A stretch of DNA of 64,000 nucleotides from an uncultured Gemmatimonadaceae bacterium (GCA_963790305.1 CAWBOC010000005.1:448001-512000); one strand, 5' to 3'. Shown: positions 38,609 to 48,876, numbered from the stretch's first letter. A program made the numbers and translations. The notes: a model not told the origin generated them from the letters alone.

Positions 38609-38887
38609 ATGACCGACATAGCCTGCTCTCGCTGCGGCAACACGCGCGCGGGTTTCGAGCGTTCACCCTTCCCCGGTGCCGTAGGCGAGCGCGTTCAGCG
38701 TGAGATCTGCACCGTGTGCTGGGGCGAGTGGAATCGCCAGCAGATGATGCTCATCAACCATTACGGGTTGAACCTCATGGACCCGCAGGCGCGCCAGTTT
38801 CTCACCAAGAACATGGAGGCGTTCCTGTTCGGCGCGGGACCGAGCGAGCAGGTCGACACCACCAAGCAGGGAACGATCAACTGGTGA
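38609..38887 (+). CDS. yggX: Fe(II)-trafficking / oxidative damage protection protein
   Basis: 'PFPGAVGERV...IC..CW.EW..QQMMLINHYGLN.MDP.AR.FL'. Confidence 0.85.
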   Translation: MTDIACSRCGNTRAGFERSPFPGAVGERVQREICTVCWGEWNRQQMMLINHYGLNLMDPQARQFLTKNMEAFLFGAGPSEQVDTTKQGTINW

Positions 38888-39729
38888 ACGGCGGCCGGCA
38901 TCGCGTCCGCCGCGCGTATCGCAATCTCTTCGTAGCGTCCTCCCTCCTCGCCGCGTGCACGGACACTTCCTCGATCGGGATCGAGGAGGAGCGCGAGATG
39001 GGCCTCGCCGTCGCGGAGCAGGCCGCGCGCGAAATGCCGCTGCTGCAGGACGAGCCAGTCGTCCGCTTCGTGCGTGAGCTCGGCGGCCACATCGTGGATC
39101 GGGCCGACACGACCGGTCGAGCCTACGAGTTCCGGGTCATCGACTCCGAGATGGCGAACGCGTTCGCCATCCCTGGAGGGTTCATTTTCGTCAACCGCGG
39201 CATTCTCGAGCGCGCCGAGAGCGCCTCGGAGCTCGCCGGCGTCCTGGCCCACGAGATCGGGCACGTGGTCGAGCGCCACGGTCTCGAGCAGATGTCGAAG
39301 GCGCAGAATACGAATGTCATCGTCAGCCTCGTCTACGTACTGCTTGGGCGCGCTCCGGGCGGTGCAGAGCAGGTGGCGCTCCAGGTCGCGGGCAGCGCGT
39401 GGATGGCGAAGCATAGCCGCGAGGCGGAGCGTGAAGCCGACCGGGTGGCGGTCGTCTATCTCGCACGCGCCGGGCTCGACCCGCGCGGCATGCCTCAGTT
39501 TTTTCAACGACTGCTCGATGAAGATCGCACCAGTCCAAGCGAGCTCCTCGCGTGGTTCTCGACGCATCCCGTTACGGAAGATCGCATTGCCGACACCGAA
39601 GCGATGATCGCGCAGCTTCCGCCTGCCGCCGTCGAGCGCGCGGCGACCGACCTCCCGCAGTTCGCCCAGATGCGGCGCCGTCTGGCGAGTCTTCCCGCAG
39701 CTCCACCGGATCCTCGCACGCTTCCATGA
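38884..39729 (+). CDS. M48 metalloprotease lipoprotein (BepA-like)
   Basis: LAAC lipobox; 'NAFAIPGG', 'HEIGH', 'EREAD', 'STHP'. Confidence 0.9.
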   Translation: MNGGRHRVRRAYRNLFVASSLLAACTDTSSIGIEEEREMGLAVAEQAAREMPLLQDEPVVRFVRELGGHIVDRADTTGRAYEFRVIDSEMANAFAIPGGFIFVNRGILERAESASELAGVLAHEIGHVVERHGLEQMSKAQNTNVIVSLVYVLLGRAPGGAEQVALQVAGSAWMAKHSREAEREADRVAVVYLARAGLDPRGMPQFFQRLLDEDRTSPSELLAWFSTHPVTEDRIADTEAMIAQLPPAAVERAATDLPQFAQMRRRLASLPAAPPDPRTLP

Positions 39730-39777
39730 TCATGGTGAGGCGGCGCGCGCCGTCTTACATTGCCGAGCACCCATCCG

Positions 39778-41644
39778 ATGCATGTGTTGAATAGGGCCAC
39801 GACCTTCGCGAGGGCACTCGCGCTCATCGCACTCTCCGCGTGCGCGGGGTCGACGCCTACGCCAGCGGCCGCCCCTCCGATCTCGACCGACTCCGGAAGT
39901 GTCGCCGTCGCGCCCCCTCGGGCCGCGGCCGACTGGGTGGATTCGGTGCTCGCGTCGCTGTCGCTTCGAGAGAAAGCGGCGCAGATGGTATGGCCGACCG
40001 TGTACGGAGATTATTCCTCGAGCGATTCCCCACAGTGGGAGACGCTGAGACGCCTGATCCAGGAAGAGCGTGTCGGCGGGTTCACGGTGTCGGTGGGATC
40101 GCCCGTGGAGATCGCGGTAAAGCTCGACGCCATGCAGCGGATGAGCCGCGTTCCACTGCTTTTCGGCGCCGACTTCGAGTTTGGCGCCGGCTACCGCGCA
40201 CGGGGCGGTTGGTTCCTCCCGAACGCCATCGACCTGGGTGGCGCGGTCGTCTTTCCGCCGCAAATGGCGCTTGGAGCCACCGGCGACACGTCGCTCGCCT
40301 ACGAGCAGGGTCGAGTGACAGCGCTCGAGGGACGGGCTCTGGGCGTCCACGTCGCCTACGCACCGATTCTCGACGTCAATAACAATCCCGCCAATCCGGT
40401 CATCAATACGCGGTCCTACGGCGAGGATCCAGCACTGGCGGCGCGGTTGGGCGCGGCATTCGTGCGTGGACTTCAAGACCACGGCATGATCGCGACCGGA
40501 AAGCATTTTCCCGGACACGGCGACACCGAGGTCAATTCCCATTCTCGCGCTGCCGGTCGTTGGAGTTTCGAGGGCCAGGCTCGACACGGTCGAGCTCGTG
40601 CCATTTCGCGCATCGGTCGCCGCTGGCGTCGGCGCCATCATGACGTTCCACGGTGCCATGCCAGCGCTCGATTCGACAGGAGCGCCAGGGACGCTGTCGC
40701 GGAAGGTGCTCGGCGACCTGCTTCGCGGTGAGCTCGACTTCGAGGGTGTCGTGATTTCAGACGCGATGGACATGCGCGGCGTCCTCGACAAGTATGGCGC
40801 CGTCGAGGCGGCCATCCGCGCCGTGGAAGCTGGCGCCGACGTGCTGATTCAGCCGCTCGATGCGCGTCAAGCCATCGAAGCGATCGTGCAGGGCGTGTCG
40901 AGTGGTCGATACGACGAGGCGCGAATAGACGCGTCCGTTCGTCGGTTACTCGAGGCCAAGCGACGCGTTGGTCTCGATCGGCGCCGCTCGATCCCGATCG
41001 ACAGCGTGAGATTCGCGGTCGGGGATTCCGACCACGTTGCCATCGCGCGAACGATCGCTGAGCGATCGATGACGCTCGTCCGTGACTCGCTCAAGCAGCT
41101 ACCGCTCTCGAGGCTCCCACGCTCGCGACGTGTGCTGTCGATCACGCTGGCGCGTCGGACGGACCTCGGGGCGGGTGGCGCATTCGACGCCGAGCTTCGC
41201 CGCCACTTCTCGTCGGTTCGCTCGGAGCTGGTGAATGCCGATGCTCCGGCGAACGCCGAATGGGAACGGCTCCTCCGCTTCGCCAGATCCTTCGACGTCG
41301 TGATCGTGAGCTCCTACGTGTCCCACGCCTGGAATGCCACGAGCGCCGAGGCTCCGAAGGAGTTCGCGAACTTCGTGAAGGCGCTGGTGACGGCGCGCAA
41401 GCGCCCGATTGTCGTTTCCCTCGGCAATCCGTATCTCTTGCAGCAGATTCGCGGCGTGCCTGCGTATTTGATCGCATGGAGCGGGATCGGTGCTTCACAG
41501 CGAGCGGCGGCTCGTGCCTTGCTCGGCACGAATGCGATCACTGGACGGTTGCCGATTCGCATTCCACCAAGTACATCACTTGGTGCGGGATTGATGCGCG
41601 GTGGGGATTCGGTGAGCGCTCGCACTTCTGGAACGCAGCGCTAA
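39778..41644 (+). CDS. nagZ: GH3 beta-N-acetylglucosaminidase lipoprotein (frameshift near 40543)
   Basis: 'NPVINTRSYG', 'KHFPGHG...SH', 'ISDAMDM', C-terminal 'GNPY'. Confidence 0.85.
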
Positions 41645-41660
41645 CCGGCGAGCGTTCTGA

Positions 41661-41776
41661 TTGACGGGTTAGAAAGAAACCGCTATATAGTCGCGCTTCG
41701 CGACGAGCAGCATCGATAGGCGCGGAACGCGACCAATTTCGGGGAGACTTGACATTAGTGACTGAGTGTGACTAAT
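41661..41776 (+). promoter_or_regulatory. Tandem sigma70 promoters and putative NrtR operator
   Basis: TTGACG-N17-TATATA at 41661; TTGACA at 41749; inverted repeat ATTAGT-N11-ACTAAT (41754-41776). Confidence 0.55.
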
Positions 41777-41785
41777 TCGCGCCCG

Positions 41786-42511
41786 ATGCGCGAGCGTCCC
41801 CAAACAACCGCCCCGGCCGGCCGCCCAGCCGTCGCAGCCCGTCCCGTCATTCGACGGGCGCTCCTCTCCGTCGACGTCATCCTCTTCACGCCTCATGGGC
41901 GCCGCCTGACCGTATTGTTGGTGCGCGCGGCGGATCCGAACGCGCGTGAACGGTGGGAGCTCCCGTGGGATGCCGCGCGTGCCGAAGAGGCGCTCGATGT
42001 CGCCGCTTCCCGCATCGCACGATCGGCGTTAGGCGCAGGTGCGGCGTGGACGCGACAGGTCGTGGCATCGGGCAGCGAGCAGCGGCACCCCGGTGAAACC
42101 GAATTCTCGATCGCGTACCTCGGCCTCGTACCGGCGGGCACGCCGCCGCCAGTCGGCGGTGAGGCGAGCTGGTTCCCGCTCGATGAAATTCCGCCGCTCG
42201 CGCCACGCCACCGCGCCATGGTGGATTCCGCCCTCGCAATGCTTCGGCTGGAGCTCGATCAATCTCCCGTCGCCTTCCGCTTGCTCCCGGCGACGTTCAC
42301 GCTGAGTCAGCTTCAGGAAGTCTACGAGGTCCTTCTCGGTCGCAAGCTGCACAAGGCCAGCTTCCGCCGCGCGCTCCACGCCGCCTGGCTCGTGGAGCCT
42401 ATAGATGAATGGCGCAGCGAAGGCAGAGGGCGACCCGCGCAGCTCTTCCGCTACGCGCCGAAGAAGAGACGGACGGGTCGGCGCGGGGTGAGGTTCGATC
42501 TCCTAGGCTAG
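41786..42511 (+). CDS. nrtR: Nudix-related transcriptional regulator with degenerate Nudix box
   Basis: 'SVDVILF', 'WELP', wHTH 'FTLSQLQEVYE..LG..L.K.SFRR', 'GRPAQLFRY'. Confidence 0.85.
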   Translation: MRERPQTTAPAGRPAVAARPVIRRALLSVDVILFTPHGRRLTVLLVRAADPNARERWELPWDAARAEEALDVAASRIARSALGAGAAWTRQVVASGSEQRHPGETEFSIAYLGLVPAGTPPPVGGEASWFPLDEIPPLAPRHRAMVDSALAMLRLELDQSPVAFRLLPATFTLSQLQEVYEVLLGRKLHKASFRRALHAAWLVEPIDEWRSEGRGRPAQLFRYAPKKRRTGRRGVRFDLLG

Positions 42512-42652
42512 GGGTCGGGAGTCAGGAGTCAGGGATCAGGGATGGAAAGGGGCCGCGGCGCTTCGCGCCTGCGGCCCTCATCAGATGAGCGCGGCAGCTA
42601 TGCTGCCGCGCTTTTCCATCCCTGATCCCTGATCCCTGACTCCTGACCCCTA
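42509..42652. repeat. Inverted heptamer-repeat element (GGAGTCA/GGGATCA units) enclosing two hairpins
   Basis: Arms of about 40 bp, near-perfectly complementary; inner hairpins GGGCCGC..GCGGCCC and AGCGCGGCAGC..GCTGCCGCGCT. Confidence 0.85.
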
Positions 42653-42658
42653 TCGTCA

Positions 42659-42730
42659 CCGGTTAGCTAACCGGAACAAAAACGTGACCCCAAAGGTACA
42701 CCCCTTGCGTTACCTTATTAGTACCAATAC
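42659..42730. promoter_or_regulatory. AT-rich regulatory region with palindromes
   Basis: Perfect 16-bp palindrome CCGGTTAGCTAACCGG; AAGGTA-N12-TACCTT. Confidence 0.5.
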
Positions 42731-42763
42731 GTATATTACTACGAAACACACGGAGGGAGCCGG

Positions 42764-43039
42764 TTGCTCGCCTACCTGGACGCGCTGTGTGCCGCTTTGC
42801 TTGCGCGTGACACCAAGGAGATTGATCGCCTTGGCCGTCATCCACTTGCACGCGCCCTGCCGCGGACGGTACGTGAGGAAGTCCTCGCGATTCGTCGCGT
42901 TGGACCCGGCTCCCTTCGCGCGCCCATAGAGACCCTTCGCCATTACCACCGCACGGCCCATCTGGCAGGAATCGCGCGCGACCCAGCTTCCCAGGGCGCG
43001 CAGGCGGAGCTGCCGCTGGCTGCGGGAGGCGCGGGCTAA
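42764..43039 (+). CDS. Hypothetical protein
   Basis: GGAGGGAG RBS before TTG; stop overlaps the next ATG. Confidence 0.6.
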   Translation: MLAYLDALCAALLARDTKEIDRLGRHPLARALPRTVREEVLAIRRVGPGSLRAPIETLRHYHRTAHLAGIARDPASQGAQAELPLAAGGAG

Positions 43040-43416
43040 TGGGCGTTCTTCGCCGCAAGCAGGGGAGCACCGTGCGGCAGTCGGGGGCGACGCCGGCGCT
43101 GACCGAGGCTACGCTTCGTCGCCTGTCCGACCAGGGTATCAGCGAGACGCCGGTTCCGGCGCGCGTCCTCGAGACGCCCAGCGGACAGCGGTGGCTCGTC
43201 GTTCTCATCGCGCGACTGGCCTCGGTCGATTCGGTTGGCGAGACCCGCGGCGCACGACTGATCGTTCGCGCCGAGCCCTTGTTCGGCGGACAGGATCGCG
43301 CCCGCATCGTTACCGTGAGAGCTGTCTCGCTGGACGAGATGGACGGATCGGTCCTGCGGGATGCGCTTCTCCGGCGGCGAGGTAGTGAGCCGGCGACCAA
43401 GCGACGCAGAGGATGA
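43039..43416 (+). CDS. Hypothetical protein
   Basis: TAATG translational coupling; followed by a hairpin. Confidence 0.55.
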   Translation: MGVLRRKQGSTVRQSGATPALTEATLRRLSDQGISETPVPARVLETPSGQRWLVVLIARLASVDSVGETRGARLIVRAEPLFGGQDRARIVTVRAVSLDEMDGSVLRDALLRRRGSEPATKRRRG

Positions 43417-43447
43417 AAAACGGCGGCCAACGATGGCCGCCGTGTTC
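43416..43447. terminator. Terminator between convergent genes
   Basis: AAAAACGGCGGCCA-acga-TGGCCGCCGTGTT. Confidence 0.65.
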
Positions 43448-43458
43448 GTTTATCGACC

Positions 43459-43710
43459 TCAGTCGTGTCGTCGCAGCAGTGCCCGCGAGATCGCGGTATT
43501 GTCCCTGGCGATCGCGTAGAGCTCCCTGAAGACCGTAGCTCGAGACGTTCCGCGCGCTTCCGCGATGATCGGGGGCTCGTGCCCCGCACGGCGAGAAGGG
43601 TCTGACCGCCGCTCTACCGCTAGAAAGGCGTGGTGCAGTCCGCCTTCGGAATTGTCGGCTTCGATCATGACGAAGCCTCCAGATGGTAGCTCGCGACTGT
43701 AGAGCAGCAC
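43459..43710 (-). CDS. Hypothetical protein (paralog of 35050-35343)
   Basis: AGGA RBS and GTG; shared motif with the paralog. Confidence 0.65.
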   Translation of the reverse strand: MLLYSRELPSGGFVMIEADNSEGGLHHAFLAVERRSDPSRRAGHEPPIIAEARGTSRATVFRELYAIARDNTAISRALLRRHD

Positions 43711-43769
43711 GGGTCATCCTTCATTGGATGGACAATGGGCACCCCGCATCGGGTGTCCGCCTACGCGCG

Positions 43770-44387
43770 CTAATATACGACTGGCGGCTCCCGATAAAGC
43801 AAGGTGTTTTCCATCTCGGGTGGAGCGCCGCGCTCCCTGGCGCTGGCACTTACCGGGAGCTCGATGACTCCCTCTGCGGGCAGGACGCGCCTGACCGCGA
43901 TCAGACGCCGTCCAAACCAGGTCGGACGGGCCCGCGTGCCGCCGAAGCGATCGAGCCTTACCCGCTTTCCGGTGCTCGAGGCGTGAATGATCGTATCGCC
44001 GCCAACGTAAACGGCGATGTGCTGGGCGCCGCGACCGCCGAAAAAGAACAGCAGATCGCCGGGCTGCAGATCGCCCGGGACGGGCGCGTCGCCTACGGCG
44101 GCCTGTTCCTTCGCAGTGCGCGGCATCCGAACGCCGTGCTGCGCGAAGATCCAGCGCACGAAACCGGAGCAGTCGAATGCGCGCGGTGTCGTGCCGCCGA
44201 GGACATAGCGCACGCCGAGGTATCGCTTGGCGGTGCGTACAACGTCCAAGCCGTGCACGGGCGCGCGCACCTCGATGGTGCGCATAGCCGTAAGCGACGG
44301 CGCCTGCCGAGCCTGGGCCGAGAGCTGACCCGGCGCCGTCAACAGGGCCGCGCAAATGACAGCGAATCGCGCGTTGATGGTTGTCAT
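43770..44387 (-). CDS. Secreted NlpC/P60 (C40) peptidase
   Basis: 'YVLGG...FDCSGFV', 'MPRTAKEQ', 'HIAVYVG..TIIHAS'. Confidence 0.9.
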   Translation of the reverse strand: MTTINARFAVICAALLTAPGQLSAQARQAPSLTAMRTIEVRAPVHGLDVVRTAKRYLGVRYVLGGTTPRAFDCSGFVRWIFAQHGVRMPRTAKEQAAVGDAPVPGDLQPGDLLFFFGGRGAQHIAVYVGGDTIIHASSTGKRVRLDRFGGTRARPTWFGRRLIAVRRVLPAEGVIELPVSASARERGAPPEMENTLLYREPPVVY

Positions 44388-44461
44388 CTTGGCGATGACG
44401 ACCCAAAGGCTGCGTGGAAACGTCCCGAACGTTCTGCGAAAGTGTTTTCGCGACCGAAGAA

Positions 44462-45509
44462 TTACCGACGCGATCTCACCTTGCGGGACTGAGCCTCGAG
44501 AAGCGCCCGTACGGAGTTTCCGTTCTTCATGGCAGGCGCCCAAATGTCACCACTTCGCCGAAGGCGATCGGGGACGGTCTCGATCGTGAAGTCGCGGGGG
44601 TCGAGCGTCTTGTCGACCTCCTTCCATGCGAGGGGCGTGGAGACGGTCGCGCCTGGTCGTGCGCGGACCGCGTAAGCTGCCGCCACCGTTTTCCCGCGGA
44701 TGTTCTGCAGATAGTCCACGTACACCGTTCCAGCCGGGCGCGCGCTGACCGACCGCTCGATGGTGGCAATGGTCGGTGCGCGCGCAGCGACCCGGGTCGC
44801 GATCAACTGCGCGGCGAGCACCGCCGTCTCATCGGAAACGCCCGGCCGAAGCGGGATGACGATGTGCATTCCTGAAGAGCCTGATGTCTTCGGGACAGCT
44901 GTGAGCTCCAGGGCATTCGAGCTCCTCGTGCACCAGCTTCGCCACTTCGACCACTCGCGAAAAAGGCGCTGTCGGCCCGGGGTCGAGATCCAGGATCGTG
45001 AAATCGGCCAGCTCGAGCTTCGGAACGCGCGAGTGCCACGTGTCGACCGAGATGGCGCCGAGCTGAACGGTGTAGAGCAGCGTCGCCAGATCCCCGCCAA
45101 TGAATCGCCGCTGCTGCTCTCCCTGCTCATTGCGAATCGTCTCCGCGCGTACCGCGGGCGGCACCTTGTCGGGTGCCTTCTGCTGATAGAACGACTGACC
45201 CTCGATGCCGTCCGGATATCGCTTGAGCACGAGGGGTCGATCGCGCATCACAGGCAGGATTGCCTCTTCCACGCGGGCGTAGAAGCGCATCACGTCCCCC
45301 TTCGTGATGCCGTCGCGGGGGAAAAACACTTTGCCGAGGCTGGACACTGACAGCGTGGCGCCGCGGCCGAGCTCCACCGTGCCGTCGCCTCTGTCGCGCT
45401 CGATCGCCTCCAGCTGCGTGACCACGGGCGACTCGGAGGGCGGCGATGCCTTCGAGCGGGTCGTCCGTGCTGCGGCCGACGCCGGCCGCTTTGCCGTCGC
45501 GCGTTTCAT
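44462..45509 (-). CDS. ligD: LigD polymerase (primase-like) domain protein (frameshift near 44915)
   Basis: 'KVFFPRDGITKGD', 'LKRYPDG', 'DLDP', 'KTSG..GMHI', 'YVDYLQN.RGKT', 'STPL.W'. Confidence 0.88.
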
Positions 45510-47208
45510 GGCTTCTTGCGCTGCACGCTCTCGGGCTCGCGTCCTACGTCACGCGCGGGCTTGTCGTCGCGGACGCCAAGGAAGATCGGCTGACGAAGCT
45601 TCCCGTCGGCCGTCCACTCGTTGAACTTCACTTCGACGACGACTTCGGGGCGCGTCCAATGCGCGCGCTCATTCGTCCGCGGCGGCGTCGCGAAGGGCGG
45701 CGTTTTCCGCTCGAGGCGGGCGAGCCGGCGATACATGTCCTTGAGGCCCGCCCGGGTAAACCCTCCGCCGGTGTGCCCGACATAGATGAAACGATCGCCG
45801 TCGAAGTAGCCAAGCAGAATCGCGCCGATATGCTCGCGCGTATTGCGCGGCTCGGTCCAGCCGCCGACGACGAACTCCTGGCGATGCTCGACCTTCAGCT
45901 TCAGCCACGCTTTCGATCGGACGCCCGGCTCGTACTGAGAGCTGGTGCGCTTGGCGATCACCCCTTCCCACCCGTCCCGCCGCACGCGTTCCAGCATCTC
46001 CTCGTCCATCGGCGGGAATCGACTCGCTGAGGCGGAGGCGATTGCTGGTGCGCCGGCGGAGCACCCGTTCGAGATGCTTTCGACGCGTCGTCCACGGCTC
46101 CTTGAGCAGGACGTCGGGACCGTCGATGAGAATGTCGAAAAGCGCGATCGCGGCGGGCTGCGACTCTGCAAAGTCGCTCGATGGCGACGGCGTCCTTCAC
46201 GTGCATGCGATCCTGCAATGCCTGAAAGCGGGCGACTTCACCGTCGACGACCGCGATGATCTCTCCATCAACCACGAGCTCGCGTTCCGCCTTTCGGCCA
46301 AGTGCACGGAGCGCTTCAGCGATCTCCGGAAACTGTTTCGTCTTGTCGTTGCCATTGCGGGTGATGAGACGAACCGCGTCTTTCGTCACGAACGCGAGGA
46401 CACGGATGCCATCGTACTTTGGCTCGAACGTCCATCCGTCGCCGTCGGGTACCGAGGCCCCAATGCTCGCGTACATGGGCTCGAGGCGGGCGGCGGCCCG
46501 CGAGAGGGCGGGCGCCGCCGATGCCTTACGAGTGCTCGGCGGTGCTCGACGGCTCGCCGTGGGTGACTTCCCGGCTTTCGCGGTGCGTTTTTTCCCGGCG
46601 GCGATTTCGTCCATGGTGCGGCCCGTCGTCACCGACGTCGTGGTTTCAGCGACGATGTCGACGTCGTCGCGCGCCTCGTCGTCGCGATGCTTGATCCAGA
46701 GCCATTGGGGCTTCGAGGACCCGGAATCGCGTCCGCGCATGCGAACGAGCACCCACGAGCCCCGCAGCCGCTCGCCCTGGAGCGTGAACTTGAGATCCCC
46801 TGCGCGATAGCCGCGCCGGATCGCGCTTTCATCATCCCCGTCATCGGCCGCGTCTGCCCGGTACGTGCCGCGATCCCACAGCATGACAGTGCCGCCGCCG
46901 TATTCCCCCTTCGGGATGGTGCCCTCGAAGGTGTTGTAGTCGATGGGATGATCTTCGACCTCCATGGCGAGGCGCTTGACGCTCGGGTCGAGGCTGGGTC
47001 CTTTGGGGACCGCCCAGCTCTTCATCACTCCATCGAGCTCGAGGCGCAGGTCGAAATGCAGGTGGCTGGCGGCGTGCTTCTGGATGACGAAGCGCAAGGT
47101 TCCCTTTCTGGCGGGAACGCGGTCGACATCTCCGGCAGGCTCTGCCGTGCGGGAGAAGTTGCGCTTGCGCCGGTACTCCGCCAGCGGTGCCGAGCGAGTG
47201 CGCGGCAC
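45506..47208 (-). CDS. ligD: LigD phosphoesterase plus ATP-dependent ligase domains (frameshifts about 46010-46170)
   Basis: 'FVIQKHAASHLHFDLRLE', 'SWAVPKGP', 'EPKYDG', 'EGVIAK', 'WLKLK'. Confidence 0.88.
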
Positions 47209-47214
47209 GGCCCG

Positions 47215-48096
47215 TTAGGCGGAGCGGCGTGATTTGGGTGGCGTGCGCTCCTTGGAGGCTGCAGACTTCCGCGGCGCGCGAACCGCTCCCGACCGTGTGC
47301 CCTTGCCGCCGGATCGCGCCTTCTTGCCCTGCTCCAGGCTTTCGCGAAGGCGCGACATCAGGTCGAACACCTGCTCGTCGGCGGGCTCGGCCTCCTGCAT
47401 CGGCTCGAGGTCGGCCTTCTTCCCCTTGAGCTTCGCCTTGATGATGCGCATGAGGTTCGCGCGATAGTCATCGGTGTACTTGTCGGGCGAAAAGGGCTCG
47501 GCGAGGTTGCCGATGAGCTGCTCGGCCATCGTGAGCTCCTGCGGCTTCACGACCTCGGCGGTCGGGAAGGAGAACTCCTTGGTGTCGACCAGCTCGTTGG
47601 CGAACCGCATGAGCTCGAGCACGAGCGCATCGCCGACGACCTTCACGGCGGCCAGATTCTGCTTCTGACGGATAATGATCTTGCCGATGCCGATCGCGCC
47701 GGTGCGGCGCATTGCTTCGCGAAGGAGCGCGTAGGGTCGCTCGCCGCCCTTCGAAGGCACGAGGTAATACGGCGTCTCGAAGTAGCGGGGATCGATCTCT
47801 TCCTGCTTCACGAAGTCGAGGATGTCGATGGCGCGTGAGCCTTCGAGGGCGGCGCGCTCGAAGTCCTCATCGGTGAGCACGACGTACTTTCCCTTCGTGT
47901 ATTCATAGCCCTTGACGATCTCACTCCATGGGACCGGCTGACCGTCTTCGGCGCACACGCGCTCGTACTTGACCGGCGAGAGGTCTTCGGCGTGGAGCAT
48001 TCGGAACGAGATGCGATCTCCCCGCACGGCGGTCCGAAGCTCGACGGGAATACTGACGAGTCCGAAGCTGATGGCTCCTTTCCAGATCGCCGCCAT
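47215..48096 (-). CDS. ku: Ku DNA end-binding protein
   Basis: 'WKGAISFGLVSIPV', 'KGYE', 'PYYL.P', basic C-terminal tail. Confidence 0.95.
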   Translation of the reverse strand: MAAIWKGAISFGLVSIPVELRTAVRGDRISFRMLHAEDLSPVKYERVCAEDGQPVPWSEIVKGYEYTKGKYVVLTDEDFERAALEGSRAIDILDFVKQEEIDPRYFETPYYLVPSKGGERPYALLREAMRRTGAIGIGKIIIRQKQNLAAVKVVGDALVLELMRFANELVDTKEFSFPTAEVVKPQELTMAEQLIGNLAEPFSPDKYTDDYRANLMRIIKAKLKGKKADLEPMQEAEPADEQVFDLMSRLRESLEQGKKARSGGKGTRSGAVRAPRKSAASKERTPPKSRRSA

Positions 48097-48143
48097 GACC
48101 TGCTCTCCGCGTTGGGGTTCGCCAGGATCGCGATGTGTAAGAA

Positions 48144-48159
48144 GGCAAGAGCGGGGCCA
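48144..48159 (-). promoter_or_regulatory. Putative sigma54 promoter of the ku-ligD operon
   Basis: Minus strand TGGCCCC-GCTC-TTGCC (GG-N10-GC), about 48 nt upstream of the ATG. Confidence 0.5.
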
Positions 48160-48206
48160 CCTGTGGAAAAGAACATTTGTGATCTGAGAGTGTGAGTATG
48201 CACAGG

Positions 48207-48240
48207 AAAAGGCCCGGGCAGCGTGGCCCGGGCCTTTTTT
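48207..48240. terminator. Intrinsic terminator after the second csp
   Basis: AAAA-GGCCCGGGC-agcgtg-GCCCGGGCC-TTTTTT. Confidence 0.8.
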
Positions 48241-48264
48241 CTGAGGGGTCGTTCGAAGGTCCGA

Positions 48265-48471
48265 TCAAGCCTTCGTGACGTCCGATGCCTGCGGTCCCTT
48301 CTGTCCCTGAACGATCTCGAACTCGACGCGATCGCCCTCGGCGAGTGACTTGAAGCCTTCGGATTGGATCGCGCTGAAGTGGACGAACACGTCTGGACCT
48401 CCCTCACGGGAGATGAATCCGTACCCTTTCGCGTCGTTGAACCACTTCACGGTGCCGGTGATGCGTGCCAT
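48265..48471 (-). CDS. cspA: Cold-shock protein
   Basis: '[15 protein letters not shown]...VFVHFSAI...GQKGPQA'. Confidence 0.95.
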   Translation of the reverse strand: MARITGTVKWFNDAKGYGFISREGGPDVFVHFSAIQSEGFKSLAEGDRVEFEIVQGQKGPQASDVTKA

Positions 48472-48666
48472 GGTGCGCTTCCTCTTCCCTTACGGGGCTG
48501 ACGGTGGTGCGTGGTCACGTTGGACGACCGGATGTAGCGCGTCCCGCGCGGCCTAAACAGGTGACGTCAAAGGTAAACACCTGAGACGCAAGCAAAAGGG
48601 GGCGGTGCGCAAAATCCGCTCCGCCCCCCCGTTCGACTGTGAGACACCTCTATCCGCTGTCGGCGG

Positions 48667-48876
48667 TCAAGCGGCCCCTGCAATGTACTTTGCCACCCGT
48701 CCGCACTTCGAGCACCGCAGCGTGACGTGCGAGCGCGGAGGAGGAGGCATCTGCTGCGGATCGCGCATGATCTGCCCCGAGCATGATGGGCACGACAATG
48801 GCGATCCGGTGCGATCGTGTGAGATGAGCTGCAGGGCCTGCGCAGGATTGTACGTCGCCGGACGGGGCTTTCGCAT
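48667..48876 (-). CDS. Small zinc-ribbon protein
   Basis: GGAGG RBS; CPSC...CSKC. Confidence 0.65.
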   Translation of the reverse strand: MRKPRPATYNPAQALQLISHDRTGSPLSCPSCSGQIMRDPQQMPPPPRSHVTLRCSKCGRVAKYIAGAA

